Positions 63,666 to 64,000 of a DNA stretch of 64,000 nt are shown in pieces; position 1 is the stretch's first letter; each line of letters begins with the position of its first letter. Below the pieces are notes generated by a model. That model saw nothing but the letters and a program-made list of their open reading frames with translations. It ran no database searches and was not told the origin of the DNA. The position numbers were made by a program, and so were the translations under genes. The stretch comes from the human T2T-CHM13v2.0 reference genome, Homo sapiens. Location of the stretch: the NCBI RefSeq assembly GCF_009914755.1, contig NC_060932.1, one strand, 5' to 3'.

Positions 63666-63755
63666 TGTGTGTGTGTGTGTGTGTATCAATAGCTAGCTAG
63701 CTAGGTAGATAAGTAGGTAGGTAGGTAGGTAGGTAGATATAGCTAGATAGATGTA
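63666..63755. repeat. (TG)n and (TAGG/TAGC)n microsatellites
   Basis: Seen directly, at the tail of L1M element B. Confidence 0.9.
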
Positions 63756-63756
63756 G

Positions 63757-64000
63757 GTATAATCTGAATAGCCCAATATTTATTTTAAAAATTTACTTTG
63801 TACCTAAACACCTATCTACAAATAAAAGTCCTGGTCCAGATGGCTTCAATGGCAAATTCATCCAAACATTTAAGGGGGAAATAATACCAAACCTACCCAA
63901 ATTCCTCCAGAAAATTGAAGAGGAGGAATCACTTCCCAAGCCACTCTGTGAGGCCAATATTGCCCTCATATGAAAACCAAAGGCATTATAATAAAACAAA
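63757..64000 (+). mobile_element. Old L1M element A, ORF2 resumes
   Basis: aatctgaatagccc...cctggtccagatggcttc (SPGPDGF), the L1 sequence expected right after caagaagaaata at 51660. Confidence 0.8.

Overview
Primate (most likely human or ape) nuclear DNA: AT-rich, repeat-dense, intergenic or deep intronic. I found no intact protein-coding gene, rRNA, tRNA or CRISPR array. Most of the window is transposable elements: ancient L1M, L2 and MIR fragments, seven Alu pieces, MaLR/ERVL solo LTRs and hAT/mariner MITEs. A full-length but disabled ~6.16-kb L1PA3/L1PA4-type LINE-1 (55767-61923, minus strand, 16-bp TSD) sits inside two older nested L1M elements. The main non-routine observations are: (i) a TE-interrupted, coding-like relic at ~5.6-9.0 kb with a possible degenerate PWWP domain; (ii) several locally templated inversion/duplication scars at 26.1, 33.3, 37.8 and 47.0 kb; (iii) a ~290-bp duplication flanking an L1 fragment; (iv) an extended L1 ORF0 that reads out of the element. 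Repeat subfamily names and old-repeat boundaries come from recognition by eye and need RepeatMasker confirmation. I cannot support a claim of a new biological system; the relic and the scar cluster are the best leads.
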